Source: Dudresnaya verticillata
Taxonomy: Eukaryota
NCBI GenBank assembly: GCA_977862235.1
Contig: OZ374559.1
Location: forward strand, 1,984,001-2,048,000
Direction: 5' to 3'
Length of the DNA stretch: 64,000 nucleotides
The position numbers and the translations under genes are program-made. Positions 33,313-45,943 of the stretch are shown one piece after another. Every line of letters begins with the position of its first letter. Position 1 is the stretch's first letter. The notes under the pieces are model-generated. The model was not told where the DNA came from. It saw only the letters and a list, made by a program, of their open reading frames with translations, and did no database searches.

Positions 33313-33400
33313 GTACACTACAGTGACAGCCCTCTGCCACTGCAGCCGACCCTGGTGTGCTTGCACATGGTCCTTAAAGTCGCCCGAGCGGGACCACATA

Positions 33401-33834
33401 GCATTCATGCATTGGTTATCATCTTACTATTGTTGCTCCCTCTACTGCTCGCGCTGTGTCCAAGGCATCTAAAATTCCTGCAGGGGTCGCCCAAGTCGCT
33501 GAACGGGACAAGCATTGCAAGTACCGCACCGCGTGTGCAGCACATTGTATTACGTTTCAGCCGCTGGGCTTTGACATTCACGGTGGCATTGGCCCCGAAT
33601 GCCGTACCGCACTCCAAAAGCTCGCTGCTTTCCTGGCCACGCGCCGGGGGACAAATCCTACTACTGAATACTATTCGTTAGTTTCACTGCTGGCTTCCCG
33701 CATTCTCTAGTTCACCACCCTCGCCGTGAATCGTCGACGTCCCGTTAGTCCAGTCCTTCCAGTAGTCATCAGGGGCTAAGTCATTAGGGTTTCCGCTGTT
33801 CGTCTTGCTTCAATAAAGTTGTGATGATGATGAT
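33401..33834 (+). mobile_element. Short 5'-truncated copy of the same (GAT)n-tailed RLE family
   Basis: 9-bp TSD gaccacata at 33392-33400 and 33835-33843. It is a slightly diverged inverted match to 31834-32260. Confidence 0.9.
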
Positions 33835-34123
33835 GACCACATAAAACAACCAATAATAGTTTACCGTCACATTTGTTGTTCGCCGTCGTAAAGGCGCTAC
33901 TCAAGCCCTTCTTTCTCCCACTGCACATGGGTGTTCAGAAGCTCAAGTGTCAAGTCTTGGGTCTCCGCGGCCAGCGCCCCCTCTTCGATTCAACACAGAT
34001 AAATATCCCAAATGGAAACCCTGCCATGCGGATTCAATCCAGGGCCTATGGTCGGGGCTCTATCACTTTCTTGTTGGTTTTTTAGCTATGTTAGCACCAT
34101 CTTTTCTGTAGCGCTCTGTCAAT

Positions 34124-35456
34124 GGTGTTTGAAGCAACTCATTGTCTCTTAACCGATTCGATTTGGAAGCTCAGTTCTCTACCGCTGCGATCTGGTGGCC
34201 TAGGACTGACTAGAGCTTCCGCTGTGGTGGATCTCAGCTATTTAGCGTCTCTCGGTTCAAGCATGTCTACCATCCGGACAGTTCTTGGTCCTTTTCCCTT
34301 CCCTGCTGACAACACCCTTGGGCCTTCCCTAGGCCGTCTACGCTCTTCTGTTGGCAAACAGTGTCAAGCCCGACTTAATGATGTAACCACGTTCTTGAAT
34401 TCTTTCCATGCTACTCCTCATGACTCAAGGTCTCCCGGGTCTGTGCATCATGAGCTTTTTTCTTCTATTAATGCCGTGGTTTTGGCCTCTGTGACCCCGT
34501 CATCCAACTCTAGTGATGATCTTCGCTGTCGTCTTCGTCTGCAATCTACCTGCACGGCCAGTTCTGCGCGCGCATTACCGCTGTACCTTCCTCCTTCCAT
34601 GGTACTCGGGTCGAACCTGAAGTTTGGATATCAATGATCCAGCTACGACTTGGACTTCCCATCTTCAGTGGAGATGACCCATGCCCCCGTTGTGTTGATG
34701 GTACCGCTTCTGTTCCCCCTCTTCTTGATGTTTATGGGCATCATGCTACGGTCTGCTCTTCTCGTGAGGGCACGATTCGCCGTCATGATCATCTTCGGGA
34801 TCGTTTAAGTGTCTTATTTCAGACTATCGCCCGCCCCCATGGCGTGCGCGTTGAAGTTGAGCATCGTTTCACTTATTCGGATGAGCATGGGCCCCGTAGC
34901 TCTGTCCCCAACGCTGCCCGAACACGTGCTGAACGCATACGTGACGAGCGTCATGCTGCTTCTGGTGGTCCCCCACAGCCTGTTGATCCACGTGACCAAC
35001 TGCGTATGGATATTTTCGTTGATGATCGTGGCTTTGCCCCTCACCCCCATGGATTTGATGTCTCGGTCGTCAGTCCCCATTCTATTCATGGTTCCACTGG
35101 TCGCGTTGCTGGCCAAGCCATTGCAGCTCGCGAACGTGTCAAACGCTCTCATTACCGCCGCGTGTGCGCTAGTTTGGATATGGTTATCCATCCTATGGTT
35201 GTAGATGTCTATGGCCGTGTTGGATCTGGCTTTGAAGTTGGCGCCCAACGTATTGCTAATTTCATTGCCAGCAAGCGCGGGACCTCTCCGTCTACGGAGA
35301 AACTTCGCCTCACTACTCGTTTACTCTCTTTAGTTCTCCAATGCGTGGCGGTGAGTGTCAACCGCCGCAAGCTTGCTCCTCCGCCTCTTTATGGTAGCTC
35401 TGAATCCTAAGCCCCCTTAAGGGGCTTCTCTCTTGTTGTTTAATAAAGGTCTCTCT
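34124..35456 (+). mobile_element. 5'-truncated RLE retrotransposon related to the 16-20 kb element
   Basis: 10-bp TSD ctctgtcaat at 34114-34123 and 35457-35466. Motifs LPLRSGGLG, CPRC..HHATVC, RRHDHLRD and MDIFVDD..FDVSVV. Hairpin followed by taaaggtctctct. Confidence 0.9.
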
Positions 35457-35461
35457 CTCTG

Positions 35462-36303
35462 TCAATCACTTGGCGAAAAGTCCCGACGACGGTTCAAGCC
35501 GGGGTTGAACTCTTCTCTCGGTGCGTCGGGCAGGACTTCCATCATATCCTCTTCGTTCGTTACAGGGTTGCAGTGACACTCCGTTGTTTCGAGCATGTAA
35601 CCAGACCGCGGAGAGGCCCATCGGATCTTCAATGCTCTTGGATTTCCCGAAGGATGTTCCGAAGATACCTCTACCGGGGTATTCTCCTTCGCCCCATCAT
35701 TTCTCGCCCGACTTCGTCCTCCTCCACACAAGACCGCCCTTCATGCCACTCCCTCCGACATCTGGCACAAGTAACAGTTTGACACAATGGGCAATCCAAC
35801 CGAAGCCTGTGTGGATCGTTCTCACCACCGCTCCAGTCGAACGGGGAATCGCAAGCGGGGTTTGCGCAGCGACGCAATACAGTGTGATGTTCTCGCTCAA
35901 TCGTAATGCGCTGCAGCTGGTCAAACGGCTCACCTGTGCCGGCGAGCAGAGCGAGGCACTCTTCGGGCGGGAGGGAGGCGCGACATAGTGGGCAACATAT
36001 TGGGAAAGAGCGAGCAAACGCACGGGCGGTTACGTGAAAGCGAAGACAAGAGGCGCAAAAGCGGTGGCCACAGGTGGCCGGTGAGTGCATCACGGCGGAA
36101 GAAGTTAGGTCGAAGCAAATCGGACATTGCGACGGCTGGTCCGAGATGTGCTGGTTGGAAGGAAGCACTAATCCGCCTTCCGATGCAGCCAGTGAACAAG
36201 CCATAGCCGAGTCTCGCGCGGATTGCATATCGGCTGCTTGCAGATCGCGAGCGAGCGCTTCGTCTTCGGCAATTGTGCTGGATGGGATCGGGGGATTGTT
36301 CAT
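35462..36303 (-). pseudogene. Second, degraded copy of the MIU-RING1-IBR half A gene
   Basis: ATG 36303. DEALARDLQAAD, RING1 and IBR are collinear with the 7870 gene. After the IBR it frameshifts (HCNPVTNEEDM lies in another frame), then ends at an RLE insertion. Confidence 0.82.
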
Positions 36304-39300
36304 CGTTTTGCTTGCCAGCCGAAAGGTGCATAAGCGACGGGACGCAGGCGTGATTGAGCAGATGGGATGGTATACTTCACTCAAAGGGCAGATCTCCAGT
36401 GTAGTGGAAGCGCGATTTCACCTTTGTCGCATTCTTTCTTCTCATCATTGCAGGTTTGTATCGCATTATTCGTCAGAGCTTCTAGTCTCCATTCTTCGCA
36501 AGTGATGCAGACAACTGCTACTGTCACACCCGCGATGTCAGTGACATTTTCCGCCTGACATTGCCGTGACCCCTCTATCCACGGGGCATTGTTGACGTGT
36601 CGAATTAACCAACAGCATTTAGGGAAACACGTTTGATCTGCCGCAGACAAACGAGTTTGAAAAGTACCAAATCCTGTGAGGTTTGGCGCTCTGGGGACAG
36701 GTGAGACACCAACAGTTTGGGCCCAAACCAAGACCCTTGTGCGCCCATGATGTCCAACCAGTCCGTCTGGAGGTCATTTTCAGTCCATTGCACTGGTTCA
36801 GGACATCTGAGCCGCTGGTGCTTTGCAGGATGGGTACGTGGCAGAGACGAGCAGTCGAGACAGGACGGGGGCCGACAAGAAAGGCCAAAACTTATTACCC
36901 TAAGGGTACCCAGAAAGTGCAAGGATCTGGGCACAGCACAAGAAATGAACTACCGCAACACACCAGAGCCCACTACGGCGTCCAAATCCTCCGAACTTGG
37001 ACGTGATCTCTCAGCAAGACTTCTTGTTCTCCCTAGCACTGTTTCTCTAAGTAAAATGCCGCGCTCTCTCCTTTTTACTCCGTCTTTCCGCCACGTAATC
37101 CGTACCCACCTTACAAATAGGGCTAATTGATTCCGAAGCGTGTCTTGAGCCCATGCGCAATAAGGTAGACGGTTGATGCTGTATCATCCTCAGGCTGGTA
37201 TCAAGCTTGGCAAATGGTATGGAAAAAGCATTTCCTCGTTCGAAGTCAGGGGAGAAAGACCTTTAAGAACGCACGTTCGAAATCAGTGCTTCCAAATGGG
37301 AGCCGGTGTCTGCAACATAGGCTTCACAGCCGTGGTATTGCTACCTGACACACAACTTTAAATCAAGATGGTGGAGACCTTTATGCATAGGAAAGACTAC
37401 TGCACTTTAAATCAAAATTAAAACCCCCTGAAGAAGGTGATGAGTTCAACTTACCAATTGTTTAAAGTGCTAATACTGAGTGCAACGGTGCGAACTTCAT
37501 GATTTCTCTGTCCAAGAGCCATATCGACGTCGAGGGAACTGTTGTGACACAATGCAATGCCATGTCTCCCATTTTTGCCGTATGCAAAGAGTCTCGGACA
37601 CGGAGTCAGACGATGGGACAGAGAGGGAATGCCTTTATTTAAACTGTGCAAGGTGAATTCGCTCTGTTACGGAGAGCTCTTTGTTACAGTAACTGCAGAA
37701 GAACAAGGGTGGGGATCATGCAGCGATAGTTTTTCTGGTGATTCTTTGAAGGGCTGATAGATACTGCTAATCACTTCACAACCTCTGAACCTGAAATCAG
37801 TACCGCCAACTACTCTTGCACATTGGGTGTATCACTGGTCAATCTAATAAGTAAGGACAGTGAGCTCCATAAATGTACTCATTATCGTCGTATTACTGCA
37901 AGTGTACAGTAGGTATGCGGTTTCATTATGGTTGTTGATATCTACGGTCGAGTAGTCCATGGGTTTCAGCTTGGCGTTCAGCATATTGCCGATTTCTTAG
38001 CTGTGAAGAAAGAGACTTCTCCAACTGCCGAGTAAAAGCTCTGACTATCAACCTAGTCTCCCTTGGTCTTCAATTCGTTGCCATGAGTATCTTATCAACC
38101 GCCATATCGTTTCTCCTCCCGCCTTCATTGTGTACTCATCTTGCTTTGTGCCCCTTTTGTGGGATTTTGACAACTCTCCTCCATAGGCCCAGCTGCCGAA
38201 GCAGACGCCCTCCGGTTGATTAAGAGTACATTATCACTCTCATTCTGGCAGACAAAAAGTCGTCTTCTGTGACGAACAGGTACAGCACTCCTGAAGCTCA
38301 GAGCAAATAAAACCATTGAGAGTTTTGAAATTAACTATAGCACGCTGCAACGCAGCGTTCCACCCATACTTTACAATAGCTGTCCGGATTCAAAGCTGTT
38401 TCCCACATTTCTCAGCAACTTCATTGTTTTTGGTTGTATACATCCGTAAATATGTGTGTACTGTAGGGCGCCAGGGGGCAGTGGTAATATAGATTTGAAA
38501 CATCGGCCGAACATCTGATAGAGATGTTCATTGATAGAGCTTACGACAGATGGACAATAGCCTGTCAAATCCAAGCTACACTTAGTGTCAGACATTTAGA
38601 GCTAGATCTGCAATTATAAATTCTCAAAAACGTTTATTAAGTATCATGTTCCTCGAACTAGCTCGAACGAGTTTACACAGTACGACTCTGTAAGTTAGAA
38701 CACCAAAGTCCTGAGTATGAGATCGAGATCGGTGACTTGTCTACGTCAAGGAATTGTCAAAGGATATGCCTCAAGGAAGGATTCTAAAATAGAAACTATA
38801 GACTCCTGCCTCACAAGAGAGCGAGGCCGTTAACGAAAAGGGGAGTGAGGGCTGACGAGGCACTGCACTATGTACAGTGCTGCTGCCTTCCAGAAAATTG
38901 CGAGGATGTAGCTTGCCGGTGTTTAGAGCTAGAGAGTACTGAATACAGTATAAAAGGGAACGGTTCCGGCTACCTTCGAAGGTACCTAACGGAGCCATTA
39001 CCGAGCCATCGATTTATCCTTTTCCAAATAAATACTGACCAGCTATCCATGACTGCGGGGCTGCCAGTACCGCGGGTATAACCCAGCGTGTCGAAACGTG
39101 TCTATAAAACGAATCTTGTGCATATCAGAATGAACGCAACCCTTCAGCAAGAACGCTGACGTGGGGCCGCCCCATCACAGCCACGATCAAGATTGACGGC
39201 CTTCGGGTCCAAATAAAATCGAAACAAGTATGCCATGTGGGTACACTGCGAGTGGTTGGGTGGTGCCCGTGTCTTACTTTCAGAATGTTCTTCAATGTGT

Positions 39301-41183
39301 TTGAGGATTTTGTGTGAAGTTCGCTGAGGAGCTGACATATGTTGTAATCCTTGACAAGATTGGGAGCTTGTAAGTGAAGGAAGTAAGGTAATGTCGTACT
39401 TTAATGTTCCCCAAGGGTGCTCCATATGTGTTCAAGAATGGCAAGTATGGATTGACCACGGTCTTGAAGCGAGAAACGTGGCTATCTTCGTAGGCATAAC
39501 CAGTAGCATCCCTATATAATCCCATTATTCGAAGTAACGATGCCCGCGCGTGGATTGCCAAAACACAGATTTTTATCTCAGGAGAAATATCTAGCAGAAA
39601 ACACGAGTATGTAGTACAGAGTGTGACAGAATGTGATAGAGACGGATGACAGAACGCGCGGCGACCGCGAGGCGCGGGAGGGCGGGTGAGAAACGGATGA
39701 CTACCCAGGCTCGCTGGGTGTCGACGCAACACTGCCCCCTTTTGTACATGTAGTGTCGAGTGATCTAGCGCACAAGTGCGGTCACAGAGAGTCTGCGCAA
39801 CTCTCTGGCTGAACGTGATGGTCACGCGTCGCTGATACGTGGGGCAGTACAGTGCGGTCGGGGCATTACAAAGTGGTCAAAGATACTGACCCGTATTCAC
39901 AGTACTTCGAATGGAGCTGAGTAACGCTCACACCCCGAGCCTTTCTGCTGCCGGACTTCAAGGGACTTTACTCTGAATCTTACCATTAAAGTGATGCTAG
40001 CTGAAGCCAGTTCGTCTGACAGGAAAATATGAAAAATTGCCTGTCAAAGACTCTAAAAAGTGGAGGTGATACTAAACTTTATAGGACGGTTTTGAGTAAA
40101 AAGTGGAGGTGCGAGCTGGGAAAGGGCGGAAGTTGGTAGAGGACGAGAACGCAGGAGGGGGAACTCACTTTATGAGAGGTGATGACGTCTATTGATAGCT
40201 AAAGGTTTCTTCAGAGGATAAAAGAACTCCACTCCTGGCTTGAACTATATTTATAGCACTGCTTTGTCATATTGCACTAGGCGAATCAATAGAGGCTTCC
40301 ATATCAGTATAATACAATATCCGATCCAATAACTTCATTGTCCTCAGGTTCCGATACAGCACAGAGCGGAATTTAATATCGTCGATACGATGATATCTGT
40401 CCCTCTGCAGTGCGATCGGCGGGGCGCATGTCACTATCTCCAGATACTCCTTTTCATATCCGTGAAGGGGGTTTACAGTTTTTGAAAGTTGAGGATGTCA
40501 AATAGAAGAGAAAAAGAACAAACGGGACGGGTTTATGCGCAGTCTTGAGCTGACACTCGGACCCGTGTCTTCGCACAACACCGCGGCATGGTGCGCTGCC
40601 TGACTTTGGCGATGAAGTCTATCAATCCTCAGCGCAGTTCCTTCTAAAAATTGGAGTAGCTTCCTAGCACTAGCTGATTACGTCGCATGATAGTCAACCT
40701 CTATTTGCGATGATCGCAGTTCAAAACTTGGTCGGAGCTATGGAAGAATTTGGACTGCTTTTAAAGAATGATAGGTATTTTACCACGGCGCTGCAGTTAC
40801 TCTCAAAGGCAAAAATACCATTGAACCACTTGCGCTGGCATCCGTTGACAGCACAGAGCGATCACACGGGATTAATATCCTGACAAGCGAATTCACTCAC
40901 CAGTTTAGGCACCCAGTGAGAAGCACAGTCGAGTCCGGGCCATTTTGCTCGGATGACGCTAAATACCCTGGGCTCGGAACAATGGAGACATGATCATGCA
41001 CAAAAAGGAAAGACAGAGTTTGATGGAGCAGCGCTATGGGCAGCACTACAGCGCTGTTAAATCCGAGTCCCTCTTGCAATTCCCTAACACCGATTTCCAT
41101 TCTCATCCAGTCACCCACTCTTCTCAAAACTACTGGACCGAACCGCGCTCACCCACCATTACCACTACGCAACACTGCCCGCC

Positions 41184-43208
41184 ATGGCTGGTCCCTCAAA
41201 CCGGCAATTCTCACCTGGGTACGGCCCTGTCTCGCAAGTCTCCGAAGACGCTAAACTAGCTGCCAGCCCAGCGGCCAGAATATCTCTGGAGGAGTCTCAG
41301 GACCAGCAACGGATCACCTCTGACTTGGGTCTAGCATACTTTCTCTCCTCATTGGGCTCTGTTGAGCAGGAAACCTTCTTGCGTGACCGCCTACTGGCAC
41401 AGCAGCTCTCTGCAGAAGACAAACAGTTATTCCGAGACGCACACCTGGCGTGTAACTTGGCCAAAGAGGAAGCTATCAATTCAAAAGACCGAGTGGCACC
41501 CCTCGAGGCATGTTTAAGGACGCAGCAGGTAAATGATCATGGGCTTCCCTGGCTAAAAAGCTTTTTTGGGTATCGGCCTTTCCGTACCGATGCCTTTCGA
41601 GAGGGAAGGTTTCCATACCAGACAGGAGACAAACGTGTAGTAAGCGCCTGAGAGGAGCAAGAGGGATTTCGGCGCCCAGGGCTCGCCACCAAACCAGGGA
41701 GAGAGATGCAGCCTTTTCCTCCTAAGCAGCTCAAACAGAAACTGAAGGGGGATTTAGAGAAAACACATGAAATTGCCGACGCGACAAACAATGGCCGAGA
41801 AAAGATCTTCTCAGAAGATTTACTGTCCGGGCAGCCAGGAGTGGACTCTGTTTTCGCACACCCTCACATGAGAGGGATTAAACAACCTCCCACCATGCAT
41901 GCGGACAGGCAAGGACTGTACGAATGCTCAGCGCCAACTCCAAAGCCGAGTCCAACACCGCATCATCGTCTAGAGCAGCGTATGAAACCTTTTGCAGGCA
42001 TAAGGTTGGATGAGCCTACAAAGCCTGAGGAACTGGTTTCACGCCATGTAGCACAGCAACCTCGGCCAAATTCGACACAGCGTTGGTCACCTGAGAGCGA
42101 CCTTTCCAAGGCGGAACTTCTTGGACTGCGCATGCAGCAGATGGCATTCGAAGAAAGCGACAGTCGTCGAGCTCGAATGACAAATCTACAGCGTTGCGAC
42201 ATAATGCAACCGAAACGAAATGAGGGTAATGCTCGCGGCGACAACAAGCGATTTCCATCACTGAGTCATGAAACTGGGGGAGATTAAGAAGGTTGCAAAG
42301 ACGAATTTTTCAGGAGTCAGGGCCGTACATATAGCCTGTCTAATCTCTTCAGACTGTTACTCAGACTCCAAGAAAAAGGAGTCGACCGTATCAGCTTCTC
42401 TACTCTTGAGGCTCTGATGCGAGGAAGAACTTCGAGGAACGCGAGCCCGACCATGCGACGCAAGACCCAAACAGAAATGGTGTCTAGAACAGCCAACAGC
42501 GAGAGAGGTTTCTCTAAGTGCAGCGAGTGCGGGCAGTTTTATGAGCGTCCGTCCTGTGAGTGTAACTTCACGCGATGTTTCTCCTGCGGCCACGGATTCT
42601 GCTTCACTTGCGGTGTTGACTTCACTTCTTTGAAGCCCCAGACTGCAAATCGACATGGAATGCCTGGTTGTAGTTGCAGGTTTATACACGGTGACGAAGA
42701 GGCTGCTCCGAGAAGGCTGCCAAATCCCTTCGAGGCGGTGTTACCCCCTGCGACTGCATTAGGCCACCCACCGGCGACCAAGGCAGTTGGACTTCACCTA
42801 AGGTTGAAAACGGTACAGGAAGATCCACCAGACCACGCTGCGACCAGCAACAAATCTAGCAAGGCCATTTGTCCACCGGGAGAACGTTCAGGACGGGGGG
42901 ACCGCAACATCCACAGTGAGGATCTCGTGACTGAGGGTCCTAACGGGCATATCAATATTCCCAGGGCGTTAAAATCCTGCGGCCCGAATACCCTTCCGCG
43001 TGAGATGGAAAAGGATTTGAGTAATGCTGTTTGCCCATATTGCCAGCAGAAGTTTGTCAACATCCCATCACTCGAACGACATCTCGTCGAGGCGAAAAGC
43101 CACGGAGTGTGGCTTTGTTGTAATCGTCCTTTTTACTCTTTAGCAGCAAGAGAGATGCATTCACAAAATCACCCCGTCTCTTCGCTACCGCGACCGAGTC
43201 TTCTGTAA
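41184..43208 (+). pseudogene. Second copy of the MIU + solo RING2 + zinc finger half B gene, with in-frame stops
   Basis: Three same-frame ORFs separated by stops at 41649 and 42285. MAGPSNRQ start, KCSECGQFYERPSCECNFTRC..HGMPGCSC and CPYC..CCNRPFYSLAARE. The C-terminal ORF 42417-43208 is intact. Confidence 0.82.
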
Positions 43209-43440
43209 CAAAGTATCAGGATCGTAGAATTACAGGTAGAGTCCAACTTACGACGTTCTTCTGCAGCAACAGCGTGAACAGTGACGCTGTGCGAGTAGGC
43301 TTCTAGAGCAAGCAAAGAAGAACAGCTGCCTACATACCTGCTAACTTCCTTGCCTCATAAAACCTACATTGGAAGCCCTAAAGTACCCCGCTAATACAGC
43401 AATGCCGCTAATTGATGATTTCCTCTCTTGTGGAGGCTTT

Positions 43441-43555
43441 ATTTAATTGCTTCTGAATAAAGGAATGCTACTCATTTAATTGCTTCCGAATAAAGGAATG
43501 CTACTCATTTAATTGCTTCCGAATAAAGGGATGTCACTCATTTCATTGCTTCCGA
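43441..43555. repeat. 33-bp tandem repeat, about 3.5 copies
   Basis: atttaattgcttccgaataaaggaatgctactc repeated without spacers. Confidence 0.9.
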
Positions 43556-43724
43556 GGCAAGCACAACATTATCACCACCAAAAATGCTACCCTTCGCCTT
43601 GCAAGTTTCCAATCGCTCCCCAATCTGCATCAAGAGTTCAAAACAAGAAATGAGCCAACTTTGTGTGCGTCCAGCTTTTGAAATATATCGTATTCCAGGA
43701 ATCGCAACCTGAATGGTTCGTCCT

Positions 43725-44461
43725 CTATCGGATATGGACTTCTGATACGAAGTTACGAAGATCCAAGTACTTACCCGCCGCAAAGGACCAACACCGCCGT
43801 CGAAATATCGAACACTCAAGCCTTGCACGTCGGAAACCCATTTCGAACCTCGAGACAGAACTACTCTCTCCTATAGCAGATCGCAATACTTCTCTCAATT
43901 GAGTCTGGGAAGGGGAGCAATTCTTGACTGAATCGAAGCAGTCAAACTCGGATCTTACCTGCTTACAAACGCAGTGGCGGAAACCGGTAATTTCGAGAAT
44001 TTCCTCTCGGTCGAAGTGGTCTTGCATGAAGTCGAAGTAGCTTTTGTAGCGCTCAATATGGATGTGCGCAGCCAAAATGATGCCTACCAGCATAGAAAGT
44101 TGAGCGTCTTCTTCGAGATCGCCAATCTTCGTGTCCTTCTGGATACGTACTGCTCCGAACATTGCATATTCTCTTAAGGTTATGATATGCGATTTGGAGT
44201 ATAATATCGTAGTGATGAATTGTTGAGTTGAAAGGACTGCCGGGGCCAGCTGGAGGCCCCTTTGTAGTCTCCCGAGCGGAGAAGACCATCGATTTCACGG
44301 AGCGTAGCCGCTGCTGCCAGATACCGATACTTCATGGACGGGCCAAGCGCTCTTTCTGTAGCAGTTAGCACAGAACGCCAGGTCTCGTTTACAATCTTAG
44401 TCGCTTCATACTCGGAAAGAATCAGATCAACGTCGACGACGTTCGGGTTACCGAGATCCAT
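43725..44461 (-). pseudogene. Possible broken coding sequence of unknown function
   Basis: Adjacent minus-strand ORFs (44180-44461 and 43725-44162) with protein-like composition but no motif I recognise. Confidence 0.25.
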
Positions 44462-45943
44462 TTCTATGGCAGGCCTGGAGATGGGCGAGCCCCAGTGGAA
44501 ACGGAGTTATACGCCTGTATTAGTCAGAGTAAGTTGAGTTGAGAGGAAGCGCGAAAGCGGAAAAGGAAGAAGGTGTGAGTGCGCGCATGTGTGTGAGTGC
44601 GCGCTGGTGTGTGTGTGTGCACGCGTGTGTGTTTGTGTTCGAGTTTCGGCATGTGCGACCGGCTCGGAAAAGAGCAGAAGCTGTGAAGGTCGAGAAGTTC
44701 ATCAACGATTATTCTTTAGATTTTTATTGGTCTTTCCTATGCATAAAGGTCTCCATCTCTTCATTTCTTTCTTTTCCCGCTTTTCCATACATCATCATCA
44801 TCATCATCATAATTTTCCATACCGCCGCCTCGTGGTCCCTCCCTGACCAGAGAGGCACCCCAAGTCAAGCTGTGTGCCTGCGGCTCCCTCGCGATGCCAG
44901 TGGCCTACAGATACATGTCATCGGAGCATACATCAGTCCGAAGGCCAGCCCAAAACAGGTGTTCGGGTTGGACTTCGGGCTGGCATACGCTTCTCTCACT
45001 GTTCAAAGAAATGAGAAGCCATTCTACCGCCCTAGCTAGCTGCTCTCCTTGCCGACATTAACGCTCCTCATGTCAGATAGTGCACTTCATCCAAACTAAA
45101 AAGTGACGGTTCTTCCCAGACGGTATGCTAAGCCAAGCTTTAAAGTCTGGGAGACACCGTGTGCTACCTTTCAAAGCCGCAATGGAAAAAGGAAATCCAT
45201 GATCTGCATCTGCATTACCAAATTTGGGCTCAGATGAGCCCTCATCACTGATGAGCCCAAAAGTTAGCAATAGCGATGTCGACCGACATGAGTTTTCACG
45301 GACCCCTAGCTGCCTTCAGGATTTCGGGATGATATCTATATAACGGTCTGCTCTAAGCGTCACTTCTCCCGGACGCTACCAGGGTCCAGTAGCACCGACA
45401 TACACCCAATACAATGCTGGGCTTCTAAAACCATGCTCCGCTAACCCCGAGTTTCAAAATCACAATCCCATTTCCACCAGACTTGTGAGACCTCCATCCA
45501 ATTTAGACATCACTGTAGAAAACAATGATGATGGAGACCTTTATGCATAGGAAAGTCCAAAGTAGTGAAGGCCCAGTATAAAACAAAAACGTATGGCCTC
45601 AGTTGTGAATCAGTACGGGAAAGGGGGTAGCCCGTAATGTTAACCTGAAGAAGGCATGCAAAAGAAAATCAGTATCACTGAAACAAGACCATCAAGAGTA
45701 AACATTCTGTCCGTGTATTTCAACATGTTCCATATAATGGAATAAGCGTTCTCTTTTTCTTGTTGCAGAGAATTGGTAGATCAAATGTATGATGCTAAAC
45801 TTTGTTGTTTACGATTGCAACAGGAATAGAATCCGCCAGCATTGGCAATGGGTGGCCTAGAGCCACTGCCTTGTTCATCAAGGTATATTCTTATTATTCT
45901 TATACTGTATGCCTTGCATACGCCCTAGTTGTGTCAAGTTGCC

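Larger units (their letters stand above)
31060..33860 (+). mobile_element. 5'-truncated APE-RT LINE relative whose 3' UTR is interrupted by two RLE insertions
   Basis: ORF 31063-31764 (LDAAFFRL..LQHKLIASL..RLLAIRWHLGTFP) is homologous to the LINE ORF2 C-terminus. 3' UTR pieces at 33323-33400 and 33835-33860 resemble the LINE end (aaagtcgccc..ggaccac..aaacaac). Confidence 0.78.

Noticed and set aside
31834..33834. Inverted repeats as the TIRs of a DNA transposon
   Set aside because: Each arm is an RLE 3' end with its own TSD and (GAT)n tail, and there is no transposase.
36600..41000. Short ORFs between the second half-gene pair
   Set aside because: No recognisable motifs or internal homology; treated as intergenic.
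43441..43555. 33-bp repeats as a CRISPR array
   Set aside because: The repeats are contiguous with no spacers, there are no cas genes, and the context is eukaryotic.
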